Part shown: piece by piece, positions 37,741 to 51,789 of the stretch
Layout of the letters: the number at the start of each line of letters is the position of its first letter
Position numbering within the stretch: the first letter of the stretch is position 1
Assembly (NCBI GenBank): GCA_002269645.1
Contig: NIVC01000392.1
Span: 248,001 to 312,000 of the forward strand
Reading direction: 5' to 3'
Length of the DNA: 64,000 nt
From: Macrostomum lignano
Lineage: Eukaryota
Program-made: the position numbers and the translations under genes
The notes under the pieces: model-generated
The model's database searches: none
The model's input: only the letters and a program-made list of their open reading frames with translations
Told to the model about the DNA's origin: nothing

Positions 37741-39180
37741 AATGATATATCTTTTAAAACGTGTATTTCTCATACATTAATTTATTTAACTGTCTTATAC
37801 ACTGTTTATTTACAATAGTTTTTTTCAAAAGTTAAATACAATAATACGTATTTTATGTCTGCTTACCATTGCATTGGCAGCTTTGCCACATCAGGTGCCA
37901 GGCACGCGACACGCGGCTCATGCTAGGCACGCCAGTGTATTTATGTAGTGTGCATTATGCACGCCAAATGCATGCCACTTACCTAATCGCACGCCGGTGC
38001 AGGCCACTTTTGAAAATGCACGCGGGAAAATTCTCGCGTGCACTACATGATCTACACTATGGTGGCTAGGCCTATGGAGAATGTTTTAGGCTACTTTTAA
38101 ATTTCCTAAATTTGAGTCTTCCCACCTAAGAGTGCAAAAAACTGCTCAAAATGCGCAATTTTTTCACCAAATCCTCCATAGCGCCGCTCTACTTTTACCG
38201 ATTCTCTTCAAATTTGACATAGATAATTTTCAACTATTTTGACACAATTGTGTAAAATTTCTCAAGTCTCAAAGTTAATCCTGAACGGCGCTGTGCACTT
38301 TTAAAGTTGGACTGTTTTTTTCAGCATAGCAACCACCCCAACCTCTACCTGCCTGCTTCTCTTTCCCAATCTGGGCCCAGATGTATAAAAGGGTTTCAAA
38401 ATTGACTAACTTTCAGTTGCCATAAGTTTGCTCCACGTAAAGCGATTGACTTCAAACTTGACACAATTCTTCATTGACTCATTCTCTATCTAAATGTAAA
38501 GTTTCAACTCTGTAACTCAACCAAAAAAGAAACTATAAGTATGTGAACTTTTCTGCTTTTTCTATTGTTTTTGTCACTCACTCACTCATTCCCTCAGAGC
38601 CAGATGAAGGGTCAGGCGATAAGACTGAATGTACATAGCAAATGTACAGTGTTTTGGAATAACTTTATTTATAGCCTTCTCTGTACCCCGAGAGTGGAGC
38701 TCAGGCTACATTTAGCCATAACAGTTTAGTGAGAAATTCTAACCACTGCCCTCCCCTCTGTATTGGCAAACTCTGCAGCAGTTTAACAGTGGATGGCAAT
38801 TGGCAATTGGCAAATCAAGGGAATCCACTATCCAGCATGGTTTGTAAAAGCGAAAGATTTATGAAAAGGCAATGCCATGCAATGCAATACAACCCTACTA
38901 AATTAGGCACACCATGGAATTTTAGGTTTCTTTTAAAGGTACTGTGTAAATATTAAATGGCCTCCTAAGAAATGCGTATTTCCTTGGTTGTTAGACTGAT
39001 GCAGATTGCAGACTGCAGTGGAGCTGAAGATACACAAATTCCTTTCAGGGCTGCAAATTGGCAAGAAAGATGACGTGATCAAAGCATGAGAACAACCATG
39101 AGAGTACTATGTCCCACAAACTGGCTTTCCAAGCAGGGATGGGCAGACTTTTATCTCAAAGGCCAGATAAAGAATCCAGC

Positions 39181-39907
39181 TCATAGCTGAAGGGCAGATG
39201 AAAGTGGAAAGAAGAAAGAATAGATGATTCGAAGAGAGGAGAGGCGACAGAGGGGATAAAAGAAAATATAAAAGATAATAGGAGAGATGAGGGGGTGAGG
39301 ACGATGAGAGAGAGGGGGAGAAGAGGGGAGAGGAAAAGCGAGAGGAGAGAGTAGAGATGAGAGAATAGAGAGCTGCAGATGAGAGGAAAGAAGAGACAGC
39401 AGAGAGGAGAGCAGAGAGGAAACAGGTGAAAGAAGAGATAAGAGAGTAAAGGGAAGAGAGAAGAGATAAAGATACATCTCTACATCCCTAAGGTTGTAGA
39501 AATGAGAGAGGTGGAAGGAGAGATGAGAAATTAGAGATTAAAATTTCTGTAGAGAGGGGGAGAGAGGAGAGTGGAGTGAGAGAAGAGAGGGAGACAGAGT
39601 ATAGAAAAGGGAAGAGAAGAGAAAAGAAGGAGAAAGGAAAGTGAGGAGTCAAAAGAGGGTAAAGAAAAGAGTACAGAGAAGAGAGGTGAGAGAACATATA
39701 AGACAGAGATGCCAGATTAAGGAGGGGGATGAGAGAGCAGAGACGAGAGTGAACAGATAAAAGATGGGAGAGTAGAGAGAACAGAGGAGAGGTTACAGAG
39801 ACGAGAGGAGAGAGGAGAGACAAAGGTAGAGAAGTGAGTGAGGAGAGAGGAGAGGAGAATGGAGAGGGGAGAGAGTAGAGAGAGGAGGAGAGATAAGAGA
39901 GAAAGAC

Positions 39908-39972
<65 letters not shown>

Positions 39973-39995
39973 TAAGAGAGATAAGAGAGAAAGAC

Positions 39996-40059
<64 letters not shown>

Positions 40060-40460
40060 CAGAGAGAAATGAGAAGAGATACGAGAGAAAAGATAAAAGA
40101 AAAGAAAGGAAAGATGAGAGAGCAAAGATGAGAGAGAAAAGAGGTGAGGGAAGAGACGAGAGAAGAGGGGAGAGATGAGAGAGTTAAGAGAAGAGAGAAA
40201 AGAATAGAAAGGAGAAGGAAGATAAGAGAGAAGAGGGGGTGAGAGGAGAGAGGAGAGGGGGAGAGAGGAGAGAGGAGAGGAGAGGAGAAAGAAAAGAAGA
40301 GACAAGAGAAGAGATAAGAGAGATGAAAGAGATGAGAGATGAGGGAAGATACGAGAGAAGAGGGGAGAGAGGAAAGACGAGGGACGAGAGAGATGAGAGG
40401 AAACAAAGAGACGATAGAAATTTTAAAGGATCCAAGGGACATAGGGAGAGTCAGGGAGAG
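39181..40460. repeat. GA-rich low-complexity tract with two pure (GA)n runs
   Basis: Direct reading. Confidence 0.95.
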
Positions 40461-41048
40461 ACCAGAGTTTAGCAATCTATGTTTTAGAGTCAGACAGACA
40501 TTGCCTGACATTCTGCGCAGTACCCCAGCCAACAATGTCTCAAACCCTAATTTTACACGAATGTGCTCCATTTTATGTCTACTTCTATCCTACTAACTAT
40601 TAACAAGTTTTTGTTTGTGTATGGCCTTAGATTTCAGAATACATGCAAAAGTAGTTTGGGTATTGGAATTACCCGGGTTCAAAATCCGCGGGTTTCAACA
40701 GCTTGTTAATTTATAAAAATAGTTTGCAAATCAAAACAAACATTTTTGCATAAATTGCTAAAAAATATCTTTATTAGAATTAAAGCAAACTAGGGCCTAT
40801 TAACAATCAAACAACAACTTATTTGTCTAGACCTAATTAGTAATTAGGCCTACAATATAATAAAGTTTGTATAATTTTCTAGATCATTATTAGTATTTGT
40901 ACTAATTTACAAATTTATAAAAGATAATAACAATAGGACTAGTTTATCAAAAATGATTCTTTAAAAAAATTGTTAGACATTGCCTATTATAGTAAAATTC
41001 CATCTATAGATAGGCCTATTCCTCTAGTCCAAATAAGAATCAAAGTTA

Positions 41049-41926
41049 ATATAGAATTTTGCGTTGCACTTAAGCTTATGGGCAAATCATTTGATCCTAA
41101 GTGGCAAGATTACACTGGCGAGAGCAGCTGCCAATCAAGTCTATGGCCTAAACCATTGGCTAGCAGGCAAGTTACTTAAGCCTTGGGGCACTGACTTAAT
41201 CCATTAATGCTCTATCAAGTGAACTAGATGCTAAGGCTTGTAGCAACATGAGCTTGGAAGATGAGGCCAGCAACGCTAGCTATGAAACTGCACTAGATGG
41301 AATTGGTGGCGGATAACAACGTAGACCATGTTCAAGGATGAGCAATGAAAAGCACAGCCTTGTCATCAATGCCCTAGACAAGGGTGAGTGGCCGGTCAAT
41401 GTTGCGCAATGGTTCCAGGTCCAGGTCAACATTAAAACTCTGTCAATCCAAATGCAATACAAAGTTATTGGATGCTGTCATTGATTCCCTCAAAGCCAAA
41501 GCATTGGCCGAGTTCCAAAACTTGCAGTTGCCCATGTGCAGCACCTTGTTGACAAAAGCAACGCTAACCCACTTCTGTGTTGCAGCTGCAGTTGTTTATT
41601 TTCCCACTTTTTTATGGCCAACCAACCACCTGCCTATGTTCCCTCATTTTCTCATACTTTGCTCATTTGCTCATATGTTGCTCATATTAACTGATTAAAA
41701 TTATACCCTTGCCACAACACCACCCACTGGGCGGCCAACTGAAAGCTTTTCAAACTGCAATAGAGCATGAATGGATTAAGTCTATACCCCAAGGCTAAAG
41801 TAAATTGCCCACTAGCCACCAGTTGAGACCATAGACTTGATTGGCAGCTGCCCTCGCCAGTGTAATTCTGCCACTTAGGATCAAGTGAATTGCCCATAAG
41901 CTAAAGTGCAATGCAAAATGCTATAT
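41049..41926. mobile_element. Old TIR/foldback element: about 165-bp inverted repeats (41049-41215, 41759-41926)
   Basis: The two arms translate to near-identical peptides on opposite strands (DPKWQ.YTGE.SCQSSLW). Both arms end in ATATAG/CTATAT. Confidence 0.6.
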
Positions 41927-43083
41927 CATTTAAGCTATATTTAATAAAATTTACATATTTTACTAAAGCCTTTATAGCTTCAATTATAATAGTATATATA
42001 ATGGAATCATGTAAATCAATGAAATGAGTCTAGATTTATAAGAGTCCAAAATAATTTTTCAAAGAATAATCTTTTCACTCTTTTCTTGACATTAGATTGC
42101 CTATCTATAGCATAGGTTATATACCAAAGTCTAAGTAGATTCTAGAAAGCAAAAAAACTGTCATTGTACTGCAAGTGCATAGATTGTCTACATAGAGTGA
42201 TTGGCAATTAGATGATCATTAGCTAGCCATGATATTATGAGTTCAATTGTTTATAATTATATAGGATTCAATAGTATATAAGAGTTTGGTTGACATTAAA
42301 TGTTAGCATCAAATTTTTTAGCTGCAATAAATGTTTATATTGCTTGGTGACTTGCAATCATAGTAAATAATATTTGAGAAAGATAAAAATTGCCAGGACA
42401 GTTTTTAATAAAAGGTTGTTTAATTATCTTTTATTTTATTTTTTGTATAACCTTATTCTATAAAATTCTTTTTTTAAACTTATAGGCTTAGGTTTTAAGG
42501 TTAGGGTTATGTTTAGGATTGGAGTATTGCTGAGATTTCTAGATTGACAAGGGTTTGCTAACATGTCAAGGCTCATTGGGGGAATAGCTAAGATGTCAAG
42601 ACTGCCTAGGGTCATTGAGAGATGAAAAGAAGCTATATATAGTTTATTCAAAAATTTATATTCAATTTTTTGTTGGCTCCTCAGGGAGGGTGTTGATTGC
42701 TAGTAGTATTTCTAATATCATAAGTATTAGGCAAAGGTTATCATATAGTCTAAAAAAGATTTAAAATATTAAAAAGAAAAATAAGTTTTAACAAACAATT
42801 GTCACATTTTTATTGCCTCTAGATTTTTCTTACAAAAACTAGCAAATAGTTTTTTTACATAAGATCCTAGATTTGCATCTGGCTAGTTCATATATTGTTT
42901 ATCTCTTAATCTATTGACTCATATCAGCTCTTTACACACAAAAAAATCAAATGAAGTAAAGCATTCTTTTAAGCAATGGTCTAATAAAATTTGAACAGTT
43001 ATGAATATATTAATGTTTTTTTTCACCTTAGTACCTATATAACACTCTTTAGTCTCATTCGCTCCCACAGCCATCCCTATCCA

Positions 43084-46000
43084 ATGTCTTCTTCCTCGCT
43101 GCAAACCATGGTGGCTAACCAGCAGCAGCAGCCACCTGCTACAGCTGCAGCAAGTACCGGTGGCAATATACCTGTCCTGTGCCCTAGCAGACATGGTGTA
43201 GCAGAAGCAGATTTAGTTGTCAAAATGGTCAAAGACTATCGTAGGAAATCTGTAGAAGATATCGAACGCGAGGTGCTGATAACAATGATGAGTCTGTCGG
43301 ATCTTGAGGCGCGCCAGTACGAGATTCACTGCGTGCCGAAACGGCTGTCGCCTTCGCTAGTGAACTTCGATTTGTTGAATGCACCCGAAGCGCGAAAGTT
43401 TACTGATATGGTTCAGGTAAGGCTTAAAGTACATTTTGTCAAGTTTCCAGTCATAATGCCTAGTTAGGGTCAGCATGACCTGATATTGTGTCAGTCATAA
43501 TGCCTAGTTAGGTCAGTATGACCAGATATTTTGTCAGTCATAATGACTAGTTAGGTCAGTATGACCCGATATTGTGTCTAGTTAGGTCAGTATGACCCGA
43601 TATTGTGTCAGTTATAATGACTAGTTAGGTCAGTATGACCCGATATTGTGTGTCAGTCATAATGCCTAGTTAGGGCTAGTATGACCCGATATTGTGTCTA
43701 GTTAGGTCAGTATGACCCGATATTGTGTCAGTTATAATGACTAGTTAGGTCAGTATGACCCGATATTGTGTGTCAGTCATAATGCCTAGTTAGGGCTAGT
43801 ATGACCCGATATTGTGTCAGTCATGATGTCTAGTTAGCTCAGTATGACCCGATATTGTGTGTCAGTCATAATGCCTAGTTAGGGCTAGTATGACCCGATA
43901 TTGTGTCAGTCATGATGTCTAGTTAGCTCAGTATGACCCGATATTGTGTGTCAGTCAGAATTACTAGTTAGGCCAACATGACCCCATATTTTCTGTCAGT
44001 CAATCACAATGCCACGCTTACAATGCTGTCACTCGCAGGTGTGCGTCACAGTGCCTCTGACGCAGCAGACTCTGCCATACATCGGATCCCAACCTGATAG
44101 CGAATCGTTCACGGACTTTCCTTTCCTAATGGTAGTTCCCAAGCGAGCGCTGTTTGCCCAGAATATGGCCAAGTCTCTCAGCCATTTCGCTTCGGAACCA
44201 ACTAATGCAGAGGTTTCGTCTGCTCTCAACTCGCTTTTGGAGACTAAACGGACTTTTTATAAGCCGGCGTCCAGACAAAAGGTCACCCGCCCGATTCTTT
44301 ACGATGGCCAGGTGGCCGAGGAGCTAATCAGGTGGGGAACTATGCTGTTTGTGCTGCCAGCCTCGCAGATCCTCAGTTGCTGGGCCAGCCTCCCAAATCC
44401 TCATTTGCTGGGCCAGCCTCCCAGATCCTCAGTTGCTGGGCCAGCCTCCCAGATCCTCAGTTGCTGGGCGAGCCTCCCAGATCCTCAGTTGCTGGGCCAG
44501 CCTCCGAGATCCTCAGTTGCTGGGCCAGCCTCCCAGATCCTCAGTTGCTGGGCCAGCCTCCCAGATCCTCAATTGCTGGGCCAGCCTCCCAGATCCTCAT
44601 TTGCTGGGCCAGATTCCCAGATCCTCAGTTGCTGGGCCAGCCTCCCAGATCCTCAGTTGCTGGGCCAGCCTCCCAGATCCTCATTTGCTGGGCCAGCTTC
44701 CCAGATCCTCAGTTGCTGGGCCAGCCTCCGAGATCCTCAGTTGCTGGGCCAGCCTCCCAGATCCTCAGTTGCTGGGCCAGCCTCCCAGATCCTCATTTGC
44801 TGGGCCAGATTCCCAGATCCTCAGTTGCTGGGCCAGCCTCCCAGATCCTCATTTGCTGGGCCAGCCTCCCAGATCCTCAGTTGCTGGGCCAGCCTCCCAG
44901 ATCCTCATTTGCTGGGCCAGCCTCCCAGATCCTCAGTTGCTGGGCCAGCCTCCCAGACAGTTAGCTGAGTCAATATTAGTTCCTCTCTGTTATTCCAACT
45001 CTAGTATACCGGTAGTGCTTAGTAATTATTTAACTCATTATGACAGGGAGGGAGTTCTTGATGTTTTGCTCAACGGCCTGGCTGACCGCCGTCTGGATAA
45101 TCAGCCGCGGCTGCAGCAGCAACTGGTGCGGGTTCTCGCCTGCCTCATGCGCTACGCTCTCTTCGACGGCGCCGCGGGCGATGGCACCGGGCTTGGCGGA
45201 GTTGACGACAATGGTAGGCTGCCTGCGTGTCTGTCCGCTCTCTACATCCGCCCCTATTTTCTCGAATCTTACCTCCAATCTCTATCGCCATTTTGCCCCT
45301 GTCCTCCATTCTCTATCCCCGTTTCCGCCCCTGTCCTCCATTCTCTATCCCCATTTCCGCCCCGTCCTCTACTCTCTATCCCCATTTCCGCCCCTGTCCT
45401 CTACTCTCTATCCCCATTTCCGCCCCTACTCTACTCTCTATCCCCATTTCCGCCCCTGTCCTCTACTCTCTATCCCCATTTCCGCCCCGTCCTCTACTCT
45501 CTATCCCCATTTCCGCCCCGTCCTCTACTCTCTATCCCCATTTCCGCCCCTGTCCTCTACTCTCTATCCCCATTTCCGCCCCTACTCTACTCTCTATCCC
45601 CATTTCCGCCCCTGTCCTCTACTCTCTATCCCCATTTCCGCCCCTGTCCTCTACTCTCTATCCCCATTTCCGCCCCTGTCCTCTACTCTCTATCCCCATT
45701 TCCGCCCCTACTCTACTCTTGCATTTCCGCCCCTGTCCTCTATTATTATTTCACAACCCATGGTTTCCCTAGCTCAGCCACTTTTTCTACCTCAGCCGCT
45801 GCGTCGCATCTACTCACTCTAATCTCCCAATCTTTGTTTCAGAAGCAGAAGACTCCGCCGGCTCTGGAGCCACAGCAGCCCAACAGGCCGTAGCATCGGT
45901 GGGCTCCAAGCGCGGCCTGTTTTCATGGTATCTAATCAAGGAGCAGTGCATCCGCAGCGTTGTCAACATTTTATTTATGACGCGCAAAGATGGCGAAGTT

Positions 46001-46272
46001 GTTCGCGCCTGTTTAAAAGTTCTGCTCAGATTTGCGCAGCACAATCCGGGCAGGCAGAATTTTGTGCTTGATTCGATTCAGCTGTCCAATCTGGTTGAGC
46101 TCATCAAGCTGCACGGCTCCAATGTTCGAGTAGTCATCGGAGCTGTCGGCATCATTGCTCACGTGCTGGCCTGCACCCAGTCTGCCGAGTTTGAAAATCT
46201 GCTAATTCAACTGGATTCTTTTCAGCTCAAACCTATGCTGGCTAAGGCCTGCGCTGAGCTGTCTCAGGTTAG

Positions 46273-46370
<98 letters not shown>

Positions 46371-46422
46371 CGTGTGTCTGTCTGTCCGTGTGTCTGTCTG
46401 TCTGTCTGTCTGTCTGTCTTAG

Positions 46423-46458
<36 letters not shown>

Positions 46459-46510
46459 CGTGTGTCTGTCTGTCCGTGTGTCTGTCTGTCTGTCTGTCTG
46501 TCTGTCTTAG

Positions 46511-46547
<37 letters not shown>

Positions 46548-46566
46548 TAGTGTCTGTCTGTCTTAG

Positions 46567-46605
<39 letters not shown>

Positions 46606-46678
46606 CTGTCTGTCTGTCTTTCTGTCTTAGTGTCTGTCTGTCTTAGTGTCTGTCTGCCTGTCTGTCTGTCTGTCTTAG

Positions 46679-46751
<73 letters not shown>

Positions 46752-46874
46752 TGTCTTAGTGTATTCGTGTATTAGTGTCTTAGTGTCTGTCTGTCTGTCT
46801 GTCTGTCTGCCTGTCTGTCTGTCTGTCTGTCTTAGTGTCTGTATGTCTGCCTGTCGGTCTGTCTGTCTGCCTGC

Positions 46875-46952
<78 letters not shown>

Positions 46953-49900
46953 TAGTGTCTGTCTGTCTGTCTGTCTGCCTGTCTGTCTGTCTGTCTGCCT
47001 GTCTGTCTGTCTGTCTGTCTTGTCTTAGTGTATTAGTGTCTTAGTGTCTTAGTGTCTGTCTGTCTGTCGGTCTGCCTGTCTGTCTGTCTGTCTGTCTGTC
47101 TTGTCTTAGTGTATTAGTGTCTGTCTGTCTGTCTGTCTGTCGGTCTGCCTGTCTGTCTGTCTGTCTGCCTGTCTGTGTCTGTCTGTCTGTCTGTCTGTCG
47201 GTCTGTCTGTCTGCCTGTCTGTGTCTGTCTGTTTGTCTGTCTGTCTATCTGTCTGTGTCTGTCTGTCTTTCAGTCAGCCAGTCCAATTTTAGCACACCCA
47301 CACTGCAGGAGGCCGCATTTCCTCGTCTGGAGTCGCAGCTTCACCTCCTGCTCCGCCTGTTCCTCCGGCCGCAACAGCGCGAAGCCCTCGTCCCCGTTGA
47401 TCAGCGAAACCAGCGCGAAATCGACGGCATCTGCTCGGCGCTGGCGCTGGCCGCCTCCTGCGTGACTGCGGCGTCGAATTCGGGCTCGTCCAGCCACAGC
47501 AGCACGGCGGACAAGCGCCAGTCTAGCTCCACGCCCTCATCCGGCTCGTCCTCGGCCGCCGATGCCGGCTTTGCCCCAGCCGATCCGGCCACTTTTATGT
47601 CTGAATTCGCGGCCGAGACGCCGCCGGGCCTGCTAGCGCTGCGCCAGCTGGATTATCTGGTTCGGGTGCGCAATCAGGAGCTGAGAGAGATCTTCCAGCA
47701 GCAGCAGCTCCATCATTCGTCTGGGCCGGCTGCCGAACTGCCGATGGCCTCGGCTGCCGTGGCTTTGACCAAAATTCTGCTTCGGGTTCTGTGCGGCTTC
47801 AACGGCAGCCAGGCTGATGCGGACAGCAGCCAGCAGCAGCTCATGGTGAGAAACTTCTAGTGCCTTTTCAAGTGCTGAAGCAAATAATCCTTTATTGAGC
47901 CATACCCATCATACCAGATCCTCAGTTGCTGGGCCAGCCTCCCAGATCCTCAGTTGCTGGGCCAGCCTCCCAGATCCCCAGTTGCTGGGCCAGCCTCTCA
48001 GATCCCCAGTTGCTGGGCCAGCTTCTCAGATCCTCAGTTGCTGGGCCAGCCTCTCAGATCCCCAGTTGCTGGGCCAGCCTCTCAGATCCCCAGTTGCTGG
48101 GCCAGCCTCTCAGATCCCCAGTTGCTGGGCCAGCCTCTCAGATCCCCAATTGCTGGGCCAGCCTCTCAGATCCCCAGTTGCTGGGCCAGTCTCCCAGATC
48201 CTCAGTTGCTGGGCCACCAGCCTCCCAGATCCTCAGTTGCTGGGCCAGCCTCCCAGATCCTCATTTGCTGGGCCAGCTTCCCAGATCCTCAGTTGCTGGG
48301 CCAGCTTCCCAGATCCTCAGTTGCTGGGCCAGCCTCTCAGATCCCCAGTTGCTGGGCCAGCCTCCCAGATCCTCAGTTGCTGGGCCAGCCTCCCAGATCC
48401 TCAGTTGCTGGGCCAGCCTCCCAGATCCTCAGTTGCTGGGCCAGCTTCCCAGATCCTCAGTTGCTGGGCCAGCCTCCCGGATCTCCTGTGCTCACACAAA
48501 TCTCCCTCGCTGTCATCTCCCGCAGTCGTTGGCCGCGGTGCCGCCACCTCTAGCGGAGTTCCCGCCGCTGCTGCTCACACTGCCGAACGTCTTCAGCGAC
48601 TGCTTCGTGGCCTGCATGCGCACATTTCAGCGCACCTGGACAGAGTCGCGCGCCAATCGCGAAGATCTTGGCACGGTGACAGCCGTAGTTGAGGAGCAGC
48701 TGAGGATGGCGCTGAAGCAGAGGCCCGACACGGCCGATAAGCTGAGGCGAGAGCTGGATCGGGTTCGTTGTTTTCGAAATGTTTCATAATCATACTTCTG
48801 GTTTTCTAATTTTGCTTGCCTTTCATAAATGCCTATCCGGTTATTTCTGTGGTAGCGACTAGTTGAACTATTTTTAGCAACACTGTAAACCTGCTGTTTA
48901 GTGGTTTAGACTGTCAGAAAAGTTAAGCTAACTATATTTTCTGTGACTGCCTATTGAGCGTCAGTGTTTTTGCGTGCTGTGTAGTACGAGCTCGCAAACT
49001 ATTCTTAGTTTTTAACTGATTCTTTTTTCGACAATTTTTATATGCCCGTTTTTGCCTGAACTTTCGCTGCACTAAAACATTCTCTTACAACTTATCTTTA
49101 CTTCCCCATCCCTACTCCCCCATCCCTACTTCTCCATCCCTACTTCCCCATCCCTACTTCCCCATCCCCACTCCCCCATCCCTACTCCCCCATCCCTACT
49201 TCCCCATCCCCACTCCCCCATCCCTACTTCCCCATCCCTTCTTCCCCATCCCTACTTCCCCATCCCCACTCCCCTATCCCTACTTCCCCATCCCTACTTC
49301 CCCATCCCTACTTTCCCATCCCCACTCCCCCATCCCTACTTCTCCATCCCTACTTCACCATACCCACTCCCAAATCCCTACTTCCCCATCCCACTCCCCA
49401 CTCTCACTCCCACATCCCTACTCCCCATCCCCACTCCCCATCCCCACTCCCCCATCCCTACTTCCCCATACCCACTCCCACATCCCTACTTCCCCATCCC
49501 TACTTCCCCATCCCCACTCCCCCATCCCCGCTCCCCCATCCCTACTTCCCCATCCCCACTCCCCACTCTCACTCCCCATCCCCGCTCCCCATCCCCACTT
49601 TCAAAAATTCCAGAAAGCGTTATTGCATCCCATTTTAAATTGTCTATCCCTGCAAAGCACAAAGCGCGCTTGACGCCCTTCAACCACCCAACAGGTCACC
49701 TACGAAGACGTGAAAGCGCGCTGGCAAAGCTCCTTGAGCAGCGGGGACAATGGCGCCCTCGTCTACCTGACCGCCCAGCTGCAGTCGCCCGTTTCAGATT
49801 TGATCGCTCGCCAACGCTTGGCTTATATGCGCAGAGGCTCCGAATTTAATCGTTTGGTTCGGCCTAGCAGCAAAAAGTTTTATAGTCAAAGGATTCACCT

Positions 49901-51480
49901 CTCACTGTCGGCTAATAGCAAGTACTTGATGTTCCGATTGCCGGATTCCGACTTGCAGTCTCAGCAGCCTCAGCATCAATATTCTTCAACTGTGCACAAA
50001 GTGCCAATACAACATCTGGCTCGGGTTGATATCGGCCGGGACACCGTTGGTGTTACCGATTCTAGGCAGCTTAAACTCCTGTCCGACTATGCCATACAGC
50101 TGCTTTATAGGTAAATCTGCTATAGAGTTTGTCCCATTCGGGTTGATATCGGCCGGGACACCGTTGGTGTTACCGATTCTATGCAGCTTAAACTCCTGTC
50201 CGACTATGCCATACAGCTGCTTTATAGGTAAATCTGCTATAGAGTTTGTCCCATTCGGGTTGATATCGGCCGGGACACCGTTGGTGTTACCGATTCTATG
50301 CAGCTTAAACTCCTGTCCGACTATGCCATACAGCTGCTTTATAGGTAAATCTGCTATAGAGTTTGTCCCATTCGGGTTGATATCGGCCGGGACACCGTTG
50401 GTGTTACCGATTCTAGGCAGCTTAAACTCCTGTCCGACTATGCCATACAGCTGCTTTATAGGTAAATCTGCTATAGAGTTTGTCCCATTCGGGTTGATCC
50501 CAATAAGCATTTATCCCATGGGGTATTTATCACACGTGTGCTTATTGCATGGGTATTTATCACACGTGTGTTTATCGCATTGGGTATTTATCACACGTGT
50601 GTTTATCGAATGGGGTATTTATCACACGTGTGTTTATCGAATGGGGTATTTATCACACGTGTGTTTATCGAATGGGGTATTTATCTCACGTGTGTTTATC
50701 GAATGGGGCATCTATCACACGTGTTTATTGCATAAGGGTATTTATCACACGTGTGTTTATAGCATAGGGTATTTATCACACATGTGTTTATCGAATGGGG
50801 TATCTATCACACGTGTTTATTGCATAAGGGTATTTATCACACGTGTGTTTATAGCATAGGGTATTTATCACACATGTGCTTATCGAATGGGGTATTTATC
50901 TCACGTGTGTTTATCGAATGGGGTATCTATCACACGTGTGTTTATCGAATGGGGTATTTATCTCACGTGTGTTTATCGAATGGGGTATCTATCACACGTG
51001 TGTTTATCGAATGGGGTATTTATCTCACGTGTGTTTATCGAATGGGGTATCTATCACACGTGTGTTTATCGAATGGGGTATCTATCACACGTGTTTATTG
51101 CATAAGGGTATTTATCACACGTGTGTTTATAGCTTAGGGGATTTATCACACGTGTGTTTATCGAATGGGGTATCTATCACACGTGTTTATCGCATAAGGG
51201 TATTTATCACACGTGTGTTTATCCTGTAGGTATCTATCACACGTGTGTTTATTCCTCGCTAACTTCACTCCTCTCATTTATCCCATGGGTATTTTTACTT
51301 ATTTCTTGTTTGTTGTCTCATAAATGTCTCTATTCTTTATTTTTTCTCATTTGTTTTCGCCCATTTATAGCTTTTCTATTTTTTCCTAGGTGTTTAATAA
51401 ACAACTCAACCCTTCTCACCTTTCAACTGCGCAGAGGCGAGCCGAACGACTTTGGCGATCAAACAGCAGAAGCGGCAGCC

Positions 51481-51512
<32 letters not shown>

Positions 51513-51789
51513 ACAGCAGCAAATCGAAAATCAGCTTGAAACCGAAATCAGCTGCCTGCTGCACACAGACGATGCTGAAGTGTTTCACCACTGGTCAGAC
51601 GGTCTGAACCGTCTTAATGGCGGCCCAATGAGATCGCCTCTTTATCGGCAGCAATTGGACGGCTTTGTCCGACTAGAACTGGAGGCCAGACTGGTTGTGC
51701 TGGCCCAGGCTGGGGTCAGCCCGGCCGCCCTGGCGGCTACACCGCAGCCTACAGTTTGCGAGCCGCCGGATAATTACAATTTTGCCTGA
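43084..51789 (+). CDS. ELMO: ELMO/CED-12 engulfment and cell motility protein, about 920 aa; exons 43084-43416, 44039-44331, 45047-45213, 45843-46267, 47309-47845, 48526-48762, 49695-50110, 51435-51789
   Basis: All 7 introns are GT-AG with matching phases (0,2,1,0,0,0,2) and the total of 2763 nt is divisible by 3. ELMO motifs [46 protein letters not shown] (PH), HWSDGLNRL, and the C-terminal EPPDNYNF. Confidence 0.88.
43450..43990. repeat. About 43-bp minisatellite in ELMO intron 1
   Basis: GTCAGTATGACCCGATATTGTGTCAGTCATAATGCCTAGTTAG with length variants. Confidence 0.9.
44353..44957 (+). repeat. 28-bp minisatellite (GCTGGGCCAGCCTCCCAGATCCTCAGTT), ELMO intron 2
   Basis: Direct reading. Confidence 0.95.
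45290..45740. repeat. About 32-bp pyrimidine-rich minisatellite, ELMO intron 3
   Basis: CCCCTGTCCTCTACTCTCTATCCCCATTTCCG with shorter variants. Confidence 0.92.
46273..47270. repeat. (CTGT)n microsatellite with CTTAGT interruptions, ELMO intron 4
   Basis: Direct reading. Confidence 0.96.
47915..48481 (+). repeat. 28-bp minisatellite (same family as 44353), ELMO intron 5
   Basis: Direct reading. Confidence 0.95.
49100..49590. repeat. About 15-bp C-rich minisatellite (CCCCATCCCTACTT), ELMO intron 6
   Basis: Direct reading. Confidence 0.92.
50022..50498 (+). repeat. 117-bp tandem repeat x4 spanning the ELMO exon 7 donor site
   Basis: Unit starts at 50022, 50139, 50256, 50373 and (partial) 50490. 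Confidence 0.96.
50515..51250. repeat. About 31-bp minisatellite with a CACACGTGTG palindrome, ELMO intron 7
   Basis: GGGTATTTATCACACGTGTGTTTATCGAATG, about 24 units. Confidence 0.93.

Noticed and set aside
39181-40596. Leu/Ser-rich 'membrane protein' and Arg/Glu-rich ORFs
   Set aside because: Low-complexity GA/TC tract translations.
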